Positions 49,968-64,000 of a DNA stretch of 64,000 bases are shown piece by piece (within the stretch, counting starts at the first letter, position 1; each line of letters starts with the position of its first letter). The DNA is taken from assembly GCA_973895155.1 (NCBI GenBank), contig OZ316895.1, forward strand, positions 492,335 through 556,334, given 5' to 3'. The notes beneath the pieces are model-generated. The model did no database searches. It saw only the letters and a program-made list of their open reading frames with translations, and had not been told where the DNA came from. The DNA comes from Marsupella aquatica (taxonomy: Eukaryota > Plantae > Marchantiophyta). The translations under genes were made by a program, and so were the position numbers.

Positions 49968-52032
49968 CCAAATTGAAACATGTTTCTGTCATGCGAAGTG
50001 GTAAAGTCTTGAGAAACCATGTCAGAATAAATTATCCATAGTATCTTAGTCAAGACTGTTTCATGTCGTGCTTTCTTGTTATCGGCGAGTCATTGGCAGT
50101 ATTTGAGATAATGTACAGTACTACTTCTAAATGAATGGGAAAGCCTTTTCACCTGACTGGGAGGTGATAATGGGTCCTACAGAAGACTTTGTCGGCGTCA
50201 TCTAGAAATAGAGGATTCTTAACATTTCCAGTGCCGTGACAATTCGATTGAATGAATCCTTTAATTGTCGCCTGACGACCAAACTTCTTAAGAGCTATAT
50301 TCTATGTGAGGCATCTTATGATGCTTTCGATGGGCTTAGAATAGAAGCAATGGAGAAATTCTTAAATTCCTCAAAATTGTTAATTAGTCCCTGCTGTGCA
50401 CGGTTCAATCACATCGTGAGATGACCCTCATTAATATGTTCAGTAATTTGCCTTTTTCTTCCAACTCCCCCTAAGAACTCACTCCTGCTCGCAGATGCCA
50501 AGGTTTCTACCACTAAAACTAGATTCACAGGAGTCGGATTGGTCCAACTTCCGTTGTGGCCATGTCCTTGATATTTCTTCAATCTATGTATTTCCAGTCT
50601 TGATCTCGAGGATATAGAGAAGACTATGGGAGGTCGAGGAGGACGGTGGAGAAATTTTGCTGGTGGATCTTTGTTCCACAAACGATCATATAGTTATTGC
50701 ATTGGGAATTTATAGATGAAGTGATCTTGCTTGAGATCTAGCCGAAACCATAAGCAGGTGAACTGTAAGTTGTACTTTATATGCAAACTCTTTCGAGAAG
50801 CATCTCCTGGATTATTATGCTAAACAAGTCCTACGCTCAGAATCAACACTTGTAGAAAATCAATCGTTAAGTCCAGTGTCAATATAAGGACACTTGTGTC
50901 AACGCTGCTCAGAAAAATGCCCAACGCCTGAAAATGCAAGTAACGATTATGCAATATGAAGTTCAAAGCACTTTGTCTTGGTCATCATTCGGTTGCAGGG
51001 ACAAAGCAGAGTCAGACGGAAAACTTGTAATAACAACAGGATAGGTCCAATCTGTCTCAAGCAAAAATTAATTACTCCATCGAGGGGCCTCGGCCTGAGA
51101 GACCAGTGGCCCCTCCTTGGTCGAAAACCCACTGCTTATCGACCTGGGTTTTAAAGGAAGTAGCAATCCAGCTAAAGGGATACATGCTGAAGGTACTCAC
51201 CGAGAATTTGTTTGGGGTGATGCAGATTTAGTAGGATCCATAGCAAAGGAAGGGATGGTATGTAGAGTTAACTGCATGGTCCTTAGAGCATGAAGACTTC
51301 CCTCCCGAAAGCTATATGAGCAACGGTATTTTGCCATTTCCCATATGGAGACGGGGCTTTGTTGACAAGACTTTGGTAGCTTCCTACCTTAGTAGGCTTT
51401 GGTTACCTCACTCTCTTGCTCAGCCTCGTCTCCCCAATGTTTTCTATGCAAACTTTCGTGAGAACCTTCTCAGTAAATTTTCCAGTCGAGCTTGTGAGTC
51501 CTTCATAGATTGGCATCGCTTGTTCCTTGCTAGCTCCAGGCCCAGGTGCCCTGTCGTTGTGGAAACACGCAACCCGAGGAACTTGAGTGACCATGGCTGA
51601 CCATTTTTGTTCGGCTCTTAAGGGTCTCCATCAGGACCCTGCCTGTGATTAGCACAACTGCCCAGTTCTTGATCAATTGCGACATCGATGCTGGAGACCA
51701 ACCTCAATTGACAGCATATGGACTTTGTTTGTCTCTGTTCTTCGGAGCACTTAAATCCCTCCACCTTTATGAAAAATGGGAAAGTCACCCCTAGGCCACC
51801 ACAAGTTTGAAGGTACGGAATCTAGAATGTGATTGATACCTTATCAATACTTACTGTTTCCAAAGGACCTTCAGCTATGCTACACAAATTTTGTGTTGAA
51901 GGCCAAGAAAATTCTCAGTTAGTACGTTTCAAAATTTCTAAAATTAATCCTGTATGACAGTCTGTACATCATCAATTGATATCTACATTCTAATTTTTTT
52001 TCTATCATGACTGTGCATGTCAATAATGCGGA

Positions 52033-55000
52033 CTATCGCCCGACTAAGGAACTCATTTGAAGAATAGCTTTAGGACGTTGTGTGCCACTGATGCCACTAG
52101 AGGAAGATTCAGAACCTAATGAAAGCAATGGAAAACCACTAGATTCGTCTTCAACGACTGTTTGGAGAGCAGAATACGCCTCCATTTGGTGGTCTGTGGT
52201 TCCGAAGAGGTGCTTAAACTGAGGCCGTCTATCATCAGATTCTTCCAGAGAGACTTCCACTTCGGCATTTCCCATGAGCATGAACACTACTTGAGACATT
52301 GAAGGTCGCCGTTCTGGATCATTTTGCACGCATAGAAGACCAACATTGAGTGCCCGAAGGACTTCATGTACCACACAGTTGTCTCTCAACTCAGATTCCA
52401 AGACATCCAAAAGCAACCCTTTTCTGTGCATTTTATGAACCTGTGAAGAAAATAGTGAAAGTCAGCAAGGTTTTGTTGGAAAGTGGAACAATGTGTTCGA
52501 CTAGGTAACAAACTAGGCAACATCAGAAGAAATAAACAAATATCCAGTGAGAAACAAAACTGATCCTAAGCTGTCTCCCCAAAGCTGCCCTCCCCCAAGG
52601 CTGTACCACAGTAGCAACAAGGCTTGTCCATATCTTGCCATCCTTATTCTTCCATTCAAATTGCAACTAGTATACCTTTGTACTTTAGTTGTATACTTTT
52701 TCCTGATGTTAAATGCAAATCTTGGCATTTGAGCAGAAGTTTTGCAAGAGCATACCCAATCTTTAAGAAATACTGCTTCTGGAGGAAGTTTGTAATCAAT
52801 ACATTTTCTTCCACATACAATCTCCAAAACCACAATCCCATAGCTGTAAACATCAGCTTTGTCTGAAAGTTGGCCTTGTGTAGCATACTCTGGAGAAAAG
52901 TAGCCTCTGCAACAAAATGCATTCAATTAAGCACACAAGTTAGAGGAACATCTTAGAGCAAGTTCGATAATACTCAATGTTTTAATGATGAAAGATCTCT
53001 CCAACATATTGCCAAGAATAGAAACTAGAAATCAATCAGTAGTTTAAGAAAAACTTCTGAACTCTATCCAGGTACAAAACAAGTAGTGGAGCTCAAACTA
53101 AGCAAAGACTACGACCAAGGAAAAGTGGTACTTGCTCGAAGTAGAAATGTTTGGGCAACTTACAATGTTCCAGCAATTTTTGTGTATAAGGTTTCCCTTG
53201 ACTCCTCTGATAAATGCCTTGCTAGACCAAAGTCAGCTATTTTAGGTTTCAAATTCTTATCCAGAAGAATGTTCTCTGGTTTTATATCCCTGTGTATGAT
53301 AGATGGTTGCAACTCTTCATGGAGGTAGGAAAGGCCACGAGCAACTCCCACACAAATCTGAAAGCGTTGTGCCCAATCCAAACTCCCGTGAGGCTGAGAT
53401 CCTGCACAAATCATATGGAATGTTAACAGTGAACAAAACAGTATGGAATATGTACTTATTGGTAGCAAGGATCATTAAGACAGAATATATGATTAAGTTG
53501 AGTTCTAAACATGGAATTCATATACAAAGAGCTATTCAAAATATGTGAACAATTCCTTCTTTAATTGTACAACGCATTTTCAGTATATTCTTGTTTCATA
53601 CTTGTATATTTGTTCACTGTGCAAACCCAATCATGCGTGGTACAACCGACAGAATGAGGGATACAAATTAGAGTGGTAGGGACCATCATAAATTACCCCA
53701 CAATGCTTGAGCCAAGTTCCCTTTCTCAACGTATTCAAACACAAGCATGCGCTGTTGCTCCCTGATGCAACAGCCTTTTAGATGAACCAAGTTTCTATGC
53801 TTGATGCCTGTAATCAGCACGACCTCGTTCAAGAACTCATTCAAGACTTGTACTTTTTGAGAATTGAACAATTTTTTTACTGCAAGACAGGTCTTGTCTG
53901 GTAGAACCGCCTGCGAATTATCCACAAGTCCAATAAGCAAACTCAATAAAATTAGCATGGAATGATCAAGTAAGTTAAACAGAACTAAAATGTTTCAGTT
54001 GAACTTCATGTCTATTTAAATTTCAACTAATGAGTGACTAGATGTTTTATGATGGAAATTGAATGAATCGATTTGCCTCTTATGGCCTGTCCCCAAAGGA
54101 GTGGGTACAAAGACTTCAATTGCCACATGTCAGTGGGTGCTCTCATTCTCAAAGAATACATATGAGGAAAGTGAGAACCTCGGAACACCATGCCATTACT
54201 GCACCGAGCAAGGTATAGCTCACAATGAAAGGTATGTCCTCCAAGTTTAAAGCAATGAAGACCTTACCATATATACCTCACCGAAGCCACCATGCCCAAG
54301 TTTGCTGTCTTTGTGAAAATCTCTTGTCGCTGATTTAAGGTCACTATATTGATAAAATGGAGGTTGCACTTTTTGGTCTGCAAGAGCTGCAGAAAGAAAA
54401 TCACGAGGTTGTGAAAATCCATTTGATTGATGATGACGTTAAGCTTTCCCACCAGCATTGGCAGTCAGTAGGATCAAATCTTGGACAACAAACCGTAGTG
54501 TGTTGAATTAGAGTCTCTCGTGGTATATCATTCCCTAAACTCAAACTTACCTCGCTGTATTTCTCGGAGGGCATAAACTTGCTTCCGAAATTTCCACACC
54601 GTAGCAGCAGTAATAATGACTAGTAGAAATCCAACGACACCAACACATATGCCAATAATCATGATGTCGTTGTTGTGGCTACTGTTTGCTGCAATGTTCA
54701 AAAAAGAACAATCAGATCAAAATAGAAAACAAACAGTATACATAAAATTTGGCAAGATGTCTCCTACCAAGTATTCCAGATAATATTGTCCATCTGCAAT
54801 ATCTGTCCTAGCACTCAGCCATGAGGTTTTGGAGTTACAAATGGATCCAAGAGAGAATGTAGTTCAGCATGCTTACGCCTTGAATAGTCTTCAGTAGTTG
54901 TGGATCTACAAAGAAATCTTTGTATGTCTGAATTTGCCCCGTTGCAATAGGGGTTCCCACCGAGCCTAAGGAGTTATGACACAGCCACAGTCGTGAGTGA

Positions 55001-58000
55001 AATTTGACCGATACAAGATACACCGAAATCTCAAACCGCTGGCTTTTTGAGTGCAATTGAAACACTCCCAAGCGCTCCATGTCCCCGAAGTCAATTCTAA
55101 TGTTTAGAGTCAGGCCATTCGAGACAGGACAACTTTGGAAAACAGAGATTTGGCTCTGCGGGGTCAAGCACAGCAATCCCAAGAATTGTGGCTCAGTGGT
55201 GCCATGACCGCATCCGTTCGTTGTACAATCTATGAGATGATGCGATTTGTCAACTAGTGCTAGAGCCGACCTGTGAGTACTAGTAATGCAAGCTTCTGGA
55301 GCCTAGTGTATAATCTCCTGACGCGATTTTCAATGATTAGTTTTGAAACTGAATAATGCTATCCATGTACGGGCCAGTAATGACTATTGCATGATTACTC
55401 TCGTGACGCATATCATTCCATGGACATCGGTGCAATAGTTTGAATTTCATACTTACAGGATGGTTCTGTTCACATTGATGTTTTGATCTCGCAAGCTTTG
55501 GATTGTAGGCTCGATAGCATTTGCGTTTGGGATAATATCCGAAATTCTGTTATCAACAAACGAGAATAATTTCTTGCTGGCTTGTGTGCCGTCCTTTTTG
55601 AGCGCGTCCAACCATACGCTCAAATCCAGTGTCCCTTGGATGGCATTTCCCTCAAATTTTCTGCGCACAAACAAATCATTTAAACACCCAATTCTCTGCA
55701 CACGTACTCAAGAACTTACCAAGAGTAGAAATAAATCTCTCAGCACGTCCCCGTAGAGCAGTCGGCTGATTGATGCAAATTAAGCTCGGTCGTGTTTGTT
55801 CGTGTTTCCTTCTGAAGGGCAATCTCTTGATTCTTCACCTACATTAATCGGCTCCAATCCAACTCTTGGAAGTTTACACTCAATTCAAAGCAGCTGTCCT
55901 AGGGATTGTTCATGGGATTTGTGGACCCCAGTCGATTGCAATTGGAGGGTACTTTCAATCAATTCAACCCTTCTGGAAAAAATCATAAGAGTGTATGTGT
56001 ACAAATGATAACATTTACATCTCTTACTGGTCCAATGCAATATACAGCTGTCAACCTTGGAATTCTTTCAGCTGCATTTGAATCAAACATTCTGCCCTGT
56101 TCAAAGATATTACCTACACCCTGCTTGCTGACTTTGTAAACCTTACGGACATCTCAGATGACCTCAGGTTAGTAAGTGATACTTACGCAGATATGAGATT
56201 TGAAAGAGTCGCTGAGAAGTACAAGGCACTTGGAAAAGTCCCCGTCAGACTGTTATTGGAAACGTCTCTGCAAATTGAGACAAGAACCATGTCGAAAGAA
56301 ATTAGACCCGTGAAAATTCCCCCGATCAAATTCCTCGCCTTATCTGAGCATCTACTGAGTGAAAGTAGTTCGAGGAGATTATGTTCTCGCAAATCCCAAA
56401 ATCATAATGCATCAATAAGACAAAGAATCTAGCGTATTGTTCAGCACCCAGATATTAAACAGGTTACTTGGCATTCGTCACTTCTTCAGTTACGGAGGCA
56501 CGTTCTTAAAATCCAACGATACCACTCAAATTGCAGCCACTAACAACAGATCGAACCTTCACAACATGGCATGGGTCGATCTACGGACTTCATCAAACCA
56601 AAAGCGTCATGTTATTCCACTAGACAGTCAAATGAATTACGTTTCAAAGTACGGACCGGTGCAGAGAATGTGCAATACGACTGGAGAAAATAAGAGCTGT
56701 ACGTTACTTCTAGCTCTGACTATGCCAACGTGAAGGGGTCTGTCGTACTGTAAAATCATAGCAGTCCGTGTTCATGGGAAGCGCTAGTGCCACTTACAGT
56801 TCTCGTAAAGAAATGGAATTTATCTTAACCAACGGATCTAAGGAAGAGATGTCGCCCACGAGATGGTTATGAGACAAGTCCAAGAAAGCCAAAACCTTGG
56901 TTGTGTTCTGCCACATGCTTGGAAGAGAGGACATTGCATTGTGACTGAGATTCCTGTCAAACCAAGCGTAACAAGTTTGATATCAAACTGGAATACCGCA
57001 TTAAAAACGGGATTAAAAATGAAAACCGCAGTCATTCAACACAAGTGATTGCCAGACGTCGAGGCCAGTACACCTTTCAGGAATGACGGCTAAAGGATTA
57101 TAGAAAGTCATTTGGAACGTAGAACATCGTTTATGTAAAGAGCCAGGTTTGCTGATGTAGGCATAATCCACTCTGCACTATGCATGATCATGATTAAAGT
57201 GGGTAAGACTTACAGTTCTTGCAATGTGTCGAAGAAAGGCACGTTTTCGAATGGGCTCATCTCACCAGCAAGACGATTTTGAGACAAGTTCAAGGACACA
57301 AGATTGTTCAAGCCAGCCCAATCACTTGCGAGTGGGACGTTCTCGATCTTGTTGTTGGTAAAATCCCTACAAGGAGGCATACACATTATGACTGTTAAAT
57401 TATACCTCGGCTCACACCTTTAATTGAGCAAAGAGCATAGACATCGTTTCTGTGTGTTCAACGACAATTGAGTATAACTGCGTTACTTGTAACAATTGAT
57501 AATCTGTTATCACCTATCGAATTAAATCAGCTGTACTAGTGGTTGAGATATCCGCCCGTATGGATGAGCACGAAAAGGTTCTGTTACGATAGGTTCGGAA
57601 CAGGGTTGAGAAGATAGAAGTGCATACAATACAGTTAACCCTCCACCGGAGAAGTTATTGATGAGGAACTTAAAAGCTGACAGATCCACTGTACTGTCTG
57701 TAATGTACCTGAAAATGAAAGTGCAACAAATTAAATGGACCAGCATTTGAGGTTGCTTTCATTAATTGCTTTGATCCTAGATTTGGAGAAATTGTGACAT
57801 GTTTTAGCACAGCAGTGGGCTAGCCAGTCAGACTTATCAAGTATGTTAGACATGGCGAGGAATTTAAAATTAAACAGATTCTAGCCAGTAGAGTCAGGTT
57901 ACAGTTTCAGACAACAAAGAACAGTGAACAATGAATGTCTATAGTGGACAAGCACAATTTGAGGAGTATGAAACCTTGCAACAATTCATATTTCACAAAT

Positions 58001-61000
58001 CCAAGAGACACAAATCCAGGAGACTGATGACTATGAGAATTGAGCACGCATCCATAGAAGAGGAGGTTAGTACTTACATTTCTTGCAAATTATTTAGCAC
58101 GATGCCTGGTGAGTTTGCTACATTATTTTGCAAGGTGGGAAAGGCTAGGCTTGGCATGTTCGAAAGTGTTCTGCAGAGTAACATACCAATCATGGAAAAA
58201 TATTAGTTTACTAAGAAAGTTTCAGATCATACAAACATGAGACTGAAACATAATTGAAACACTTTGGATTGAACGAACGTCACAAGACATTCGTATGGAA
58301 GTCAGGCACGGAATCTTGGTCATGGACTTCAATTGACCAGTCAGACACATCACTACGTATACGTCGGAAGGCAGCGTGCAGCTTACAAAGAGATGACATT
58401 ATATGTGGTCCGCAAAAATCCGGGTTGAGCAGTACATGGGTCCGTGCTCGAAGGACCGCATGCGGTTGGAAGGGGTGCGGCAAGGCTGGTCGAGGAGTCT
58501 CCGCAGGAAAGCCAGTCATGGGGAATGGGAGTGCACGGATCTCCTTGCCAGTCGTTCAGCGACAAGCTTTGCTTCAGAATAGTGATCGCTGCGTCTGCAT
58601 ACGAGAACCGAAGATCAATATAATCTGAGTCCGAGTCCTAAAGTGGCAAGTTTGCATCATTACCTAGCTAGGTGAGCACTAGAAAATCAGCTGGCCCCAC
58701 GTTTTTTTTGCTAGGACCGGAAAGAGAAATTTCCCGTTCGATGACCGTCAGTTTGGAAGCTTGGACATGCATTCGAAGTGAAAAGCTTACCGTCTCTTGG
58801 AGTTGTGGTGGAGTAATTGAAGTTATATTGGGCAAAAATCTCTAAGGCGTTCATCGATACCATTGAATTTGCCGCTGCGCCCGCCGCTGCGCTGATTGAG
58901 ATGTTCAGTGCTTTCGACGATAGAATGAAATTCGAGGTCACCGACATACTTGCCTGTTTAGAGACAGTGAGGTCTGGGCCACGAATCCCGTCAAGCTCGA
59001 CATTAATCATTGTCCCTCCTGCCGAATTCGCGTTCAGTTCTTCAGCATATACAACAACATAAGCGTAATCGGCGGATGTAATGTATACAGGCGAACCAAT
59101 GAACAGATTGAACACAATCCAGATATAATCTGGATCAACCCACGCATCTTCCATGACGTTCACCGGTACGTTGTTTGCCTCTGCTCTCGGTTTAGGGTCC
59201 GGTGGAGTTGTGGTATTCAAAATCTGATTCCAATTGTACCAATTAGAGTCAGGGGTGTACCAAAAACGGTCGTATGAATCATCCGGGTACCTGATGGCAT
59301 GACATCAAGATCAATCTTCAGCAAATTAAACGATCTCAAATCGGTTTCACAAACGACTCAAGCGCCTTCAAGCGCCCCGATACGTCGTTATGAGCTGAAT
59401 TTCTCTTGGGTGGAGATCGAAGACAAGTGATCTTGATCATCCAGAATAATCCTCAACCAAAGCCGAATCCTTAATCATAATTCTATGGATCAAACTGACT
59501 GCAGCCCGTAAGTCGAGCGAATAATTCTATGGATCAAACTGACTGCAGCCCGTAAGTCGAGCGAACGGTAACCGAGAAGGTGTCGTGCATAATAAGAAGA
59601 ACCAAACAACTACGAAAATTTCAAAATCAACAGGTTCTGCCTGGAAAACTTGTACAGTCACCTCGATTTCACAAACAAGTGGAAGCACGGTACAAACGAG
59701 CTCATTGGGAGATGCCCAAGTGGTCTATCCATAGACGAAACGTCAACCTATGTTAATCAATCATGCGAAATTATTCAACTCAAGAGTAAGTATGGGCAGT
59801 GCCGTGGAGCATGGAGGCTCATGGATCAAAATCCATTCAATGACTGGACCGAGACGACTACATTAGCACGAATGTCGGACATTATGTCATCATGAATGAC
59901 GCCAGGTGTCTTGAAAGTGGAACCTCCGCTTAGGACTGAACTGAACTGAACTGAACTGAACTGAACTGAACTTGGCTTAAATCAAAGACAATAAAAAGGA
60001 TGAAGGCCGCAATTTGATGCTTACCTCAGCAAATCATATTGAACACCGGAGGGATAAGCACCCATATTATATCTGGCCAAGTTAGCAAGATACTGCCTGT
60101 CGTTGCCTGTGTAAGAGTACATAGGAGGGTCAAGTACTCGCAGCACCAAGTACGAGATGAAAGGTGTTCCAACAAGTGGTTGTAGACAGATATACATGAC
60201 GCTCCCTGGAGAGTAGAAGATGCCTTCATAGCTATAAGTTGTATTGGCCAGCGAATAGTCCGAAGCCGAGTATGCCACAGTAAACACATTCGTAGCGTTG
60301 ACGTAGACAATAAAATGGATGGGTAGAACCAGCAGGGACTGCATATTGAACTCTGCGCGAAGCATATACGTGGTGTTCCTCGTGGTTGGCAGCTCATAAC
60401 AATATTTGTTACGACGCTCGGGAAAGAATCTGAAGGGTACAAGAATAGTGCTGGAAATGTCCATACTGCTGTTCCCTGTCAAAATGAGGGCACTGTTGAT
60501 ATCCGAGGTATAGTTCAATCCGGTAACAGGGTCCAGGAAGCCAGAACCGCCACAGGCTATATTCAAAAACCCTGCACGAACAATCAATGAAGGTAATTGG
60601 TCAACCCCCAAATTATACTTTCATTTGGCGCCTGGTTGAGGGACATTGCAATGCCGGGATGGAAACGTTAGCATACTCTGGCAAATTGCGCACTGTGCAC
60701 TAAAGCATTATTTTACCGTAACAATTATCGGGCCTTGAGATCAGATGAGCTAATTGTAATCTCAAATAGCGAAGATGTGCTGTGACGACCCTAAAAGGCA
60801 CATGATAGTGGAAAATTCTTCACCCTTTCTTTTTACCCAAGCTAGAACAACGCACAGTTAGACGATTTGCCAGTGTCAGTCCTCTTGTAAATGGCGAAAA
60901 GGGTAAATACAGCGACGACATCATGAACCATCTTCAATCATAACTAAAAAGCGTCGATTGTATACAAGATGAGCGTCATCTGCAGAGATCTCTATCACCA

Positions 61001-61286
61001 ATTCAATTTGATCGCAGGAAGTTGCAACATCTTTTCCACAATCAATCTCTGTCCCACCATTTGTTTCCCAACTCAAAATCTTTTCTACGTCTCTATACGA
61101 CAATCAAAATCCTGTTATAAAATCTTTCCTAGAGTAACGAATGCCAATTCGTTGGGCCGAGCATCACTCGAAATGATGATCGAATGTTCAAACTAGAGAC
61201 AAACCTTGCTGTCCATAACACGTCGTAGCCAGGTTCATATAAATTGTAAGGATGGATAACAGAGAGATCTTAACAAAGCCTTGCAT
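52033..61286 (-). CDS. Malectin-like + LRR receptor-like Ser/Thr kinase, multi-exon
   Basis: Signal-peptide exon 61286-61205 ([16 protein letters not shown]); malectin-like exons ([13 protein letters not shown]...[15 protein letters not shown]); WQGDPC motif (about 58550); LRR exons 58170-55450; TM near 54600-54660; kinase motifs [55 protein letters not shown]. Confidence 0.92.
59935..59972. repeat. (ACTGA)n pentanucleotide microsatellite in an intron
   Basis: About 7 copies; the same unit occurs on the opposite strand at 8461-8485. Confidence 0.9.
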
Positions 61287-62804
61287 TCCGTATCCGTGCA
61301 TACAGCAATTCCTCCTGTCTTCAAGCGATCGAGTCATCTGTTCAAATTGAGATGTAGCCGAATGGTAATCGAGTCCAATTCAATGGTATTCCACTTAATT
61401 CTTAAAGCTCTTCCCACAGTTGCTGACATCAGTGCCACCCAATCTACGTGAGGAACTCAAAATCCACCACATCATTTGAGAGTTCACTCCTTCGGCAGGT
61501 AGAACCTCGACCTGTGCATTACATATTGCAGCTCAATGGTCTTGATGAATGTATCGCCTATCCGTGCCTCCAAAAGACAAAAGTAAATGCTTACTAGATA
61601 TGTTGCACTTCACGATTAGTATCAATCTCTCAAGACGATGGTACAGTGGATGGCACAGTGGATGACACGCTACTCCATATATTGTTCCCCGAATCCAGGT
61701 GGGAAACGTACTCATGAGGTCAGAATATATCCTCGGGAGAAGAGCAATAACATCGATTTAACCTGTAGTATGACCAGGCCCACGGGCATCTCTTCCTTTG
61801 GCCTTCATAAATCTTAGACCCTGCCCGATTAGAGGTCGAGCAGCGTTGCTCGGTCTCATACATAGCTAAGCTTGGGCTGCGCAGGCAATTAATTCCGCGT
61901 TATTCGGTGATTATAGATGCAGTAGCTGTACTTGGGCTGCCCACCCACTCGCCTGTGACTCGGCCTGTGTTGGGTTCTGTCGTTCATGTGGATGAATCTT
62001 TCCACTTTGCATATTAAACACTTTTGGTCGTTTGGGGAGCTTCTCATTGTTTGGATTTTCTGTAGAGGACAATCATACCGTTTTGCTGATATATGGAGGG
62101 TCAAAGAGGTTCCCTCACTTTTCAGGTTCATATGTGGAAAACTTGGCCATCATTAACTTACACCGTTTGAGCTAGGTTACCTTTAGTTTAGGGCCTTCAT
62201 TTCATGAATTTCTATCTTTGGTTCGTGTTTGTCTTTAGTTTGCCCTCACCAAGCATAAATTATGCACACTTTCATCATTTCTAGCATATTCATTAATAAT
62301 TAAAGGCAGAGTCCTACAATGGATCGAGCTCAGATTCTTCCATCAAGAGTGAAAGGCTGAGGGGGTTGGCTTCAGGCCAATCCTAATTAACTTCCCTAGT
62401 ATGAGGATATCTCCATAGAAGTTTCCGGCTAATCCTAACATCCCTAGTATGCGGATACCTTCATTGATAGAAGTTTCCAACAACCATGCATCTTATATTG
62501 GGTTACCACATCCACTTCTCGTGGGCCTCCATAGCTCCTATACCTGTGGGAAGCCTTGTCACACAAGAGTCCATCTTTGTTGACCGTGTAATATAGGCAG
62601 AGATAGCAGCCATATACTCAGTTGTTTATGATCATGCCGCGAAGGGCCCGGTGAAGGGTGCTATATATTGCTAACTAAGGATCTCTTTGAGACTTTGGTA
62701 CAAGTGTGGCAGGAGGTAAAACTTGATTTGCTTAGTCCTCCACAGACTACATAGATTGTCAAATTTACCATGGTACAAGATGGTAGCTTACCTGTTGTAC
62801 GTTG

Positions 62805-64000
62805 TGTTAAGGATTGCTCTTAGTCTTGTGACTCATAGGTTACGGCACTTAGGCTAACCACAGTTAGGATCTTAGCTGAGGTTAGATTAGTCGTGTGTGA
62901 CCTTGTATATACAAGGGCTAGTGTAAGCCGCTGGTGGGTGGTGCTTACTCATTGTAACAGAACAACAGGAGGAAGAGAGAGAGCATGTGTGTTCGTCTAC
63001 TCTTGAAGTAAAGCTTGAGTGTTCGTGTGGACGTAGCCTTGGAGAAGAGGTGAACCACGTAGAGATTGTGTCGACTACGTGTGCATGGAATGAGTCATGG
63101 TTGTATGGTCGTTGCGAATGACGTCTTAGTTCAACAATTGGTATCAGAGCAAGCCTGGGAGGTGACGTTGAGGTGATCAAAATTTTTGTGACGTGTTGGT
63201 GACGGTTTTTCCAGTGGTTAGAGTTGGTGGATTTCACGGAGATCTATCGCATGGAACTTGGAGGTGTTGGGCTCAACGGATAGATCGGGGCAAGGGCTTT
63301 CCGACGGTGCAAAGAAATCTCTGAACGAAGTTCGTGGTGCGGAGGAATTGACGTTTCCGTCGTTCTGGATTTTTTGTGATTCGTGTTCGACGGTTTTCTT
63401 CGACGGTTCTTTTTGGGGGGAACTGAGATCGTTTTCCCGACGGTGTGAGCTTTGTGGTGCGCGAGGCGTCACAACCTTTAGCTCAAATCGTAGATCGGGC
63501 AAAGCTGATCATTTCGGTAGTTGGTTTGCTATCGAGGGTGTAGTGAGTGCGATGTACCAAGCAAAAGAGCCGTTCTGAGTTTCTGACTGGCTATGGAGTC
63601 TTCTTTTGACTGAAGCGGGGTTTCTAGTCGTTGCGTTCGACTCAAAGGAAGAAACGAGAAGTGCAACGGCTCAACGGAGAGATCGCGGTGTAGTGGTCAT
63701 TTTGAGTCCAAGATTGACACTTGACGCGGAGTGAAGGAGTCGTGACGGGAATTTTTTACTCTGCTAGAGTTGCAAACGGTGCCGGTGCAATTCGGTAACA
63801 TTTCCCGTCGATAACTAGTCTTTATCTGGTGTAAAGTGATAACGGCAGTGTGAGTAACCCAACAATTTTTATTTTTTATTTTTTGTGCACATTTTGCCTT
63901 AGAATAGGGCCTTTTTGGTGGTGTGTATACACACCCTCCCGACCCTTGCACCCCTGTCAATACCCCGTTGGCGACCCCTCCTCCTCCTCGCTAATACTCC
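62805..64000 (+). mobile_element. 5' LTR, PBS and start of the internal region of an LTR retrotransposon (runs off the window)
   Basis: TGTTAAGG (62805)...TCAACA (63136); TATA-like tatata at about 62906; PBS TGGTATCAGAGC (63139-63150), complementary to the tRNA-iMet 3' end. Confidence 0.75.

Noticed and set aside
59477-59565. 44-bp tandem duplication in a kinase intron, and (TG)n at 43354-43376
   Set aside because: Ordinary slippage or duplication events with no evident functional consequence.

Overview
Eukaryotic land-plant genomic DNA, most likely a moss judging from the moss-type PLS-DYW PPR protein and the intron style. Host genes are a multi-exon glutaminyl cyclase (-), UTP14 (-), RPL4 (+), a PLS-E-DYW RNA-editing factor (+) and a malectin-like/LRR receptor kinase (-). 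Ordinary TE debris includes a decayed MULE, a 5'-truncated LINE, a deleted Copia and an LTR element running off the right edge. The standout is a DNA transposon of about 13.6 kb, spanning 10989-29838 once the nested LINE and Copia are counted, bounded by TATA|CAGGCTATCGTG ... CACGATAGATTG|TATA. It carries three genes: (i) an intact 1253-aa Sola1/DUF7869-like DDD transposase with three N-terminal CACTA-TnpA-like repeats; (ii) a divergently transcribed, spliced ParB/Srx-like + beta-class N4C/N6A DNA-methyltransferase-like fusion gene with a single premature stop; (iii) an FCP1/NIF-type HAD phosphatase. The introns of these genes hold arrays or single copies of one 25-27 bp palindrome. Family assignments come from motif recognition by eye, not from database searches.
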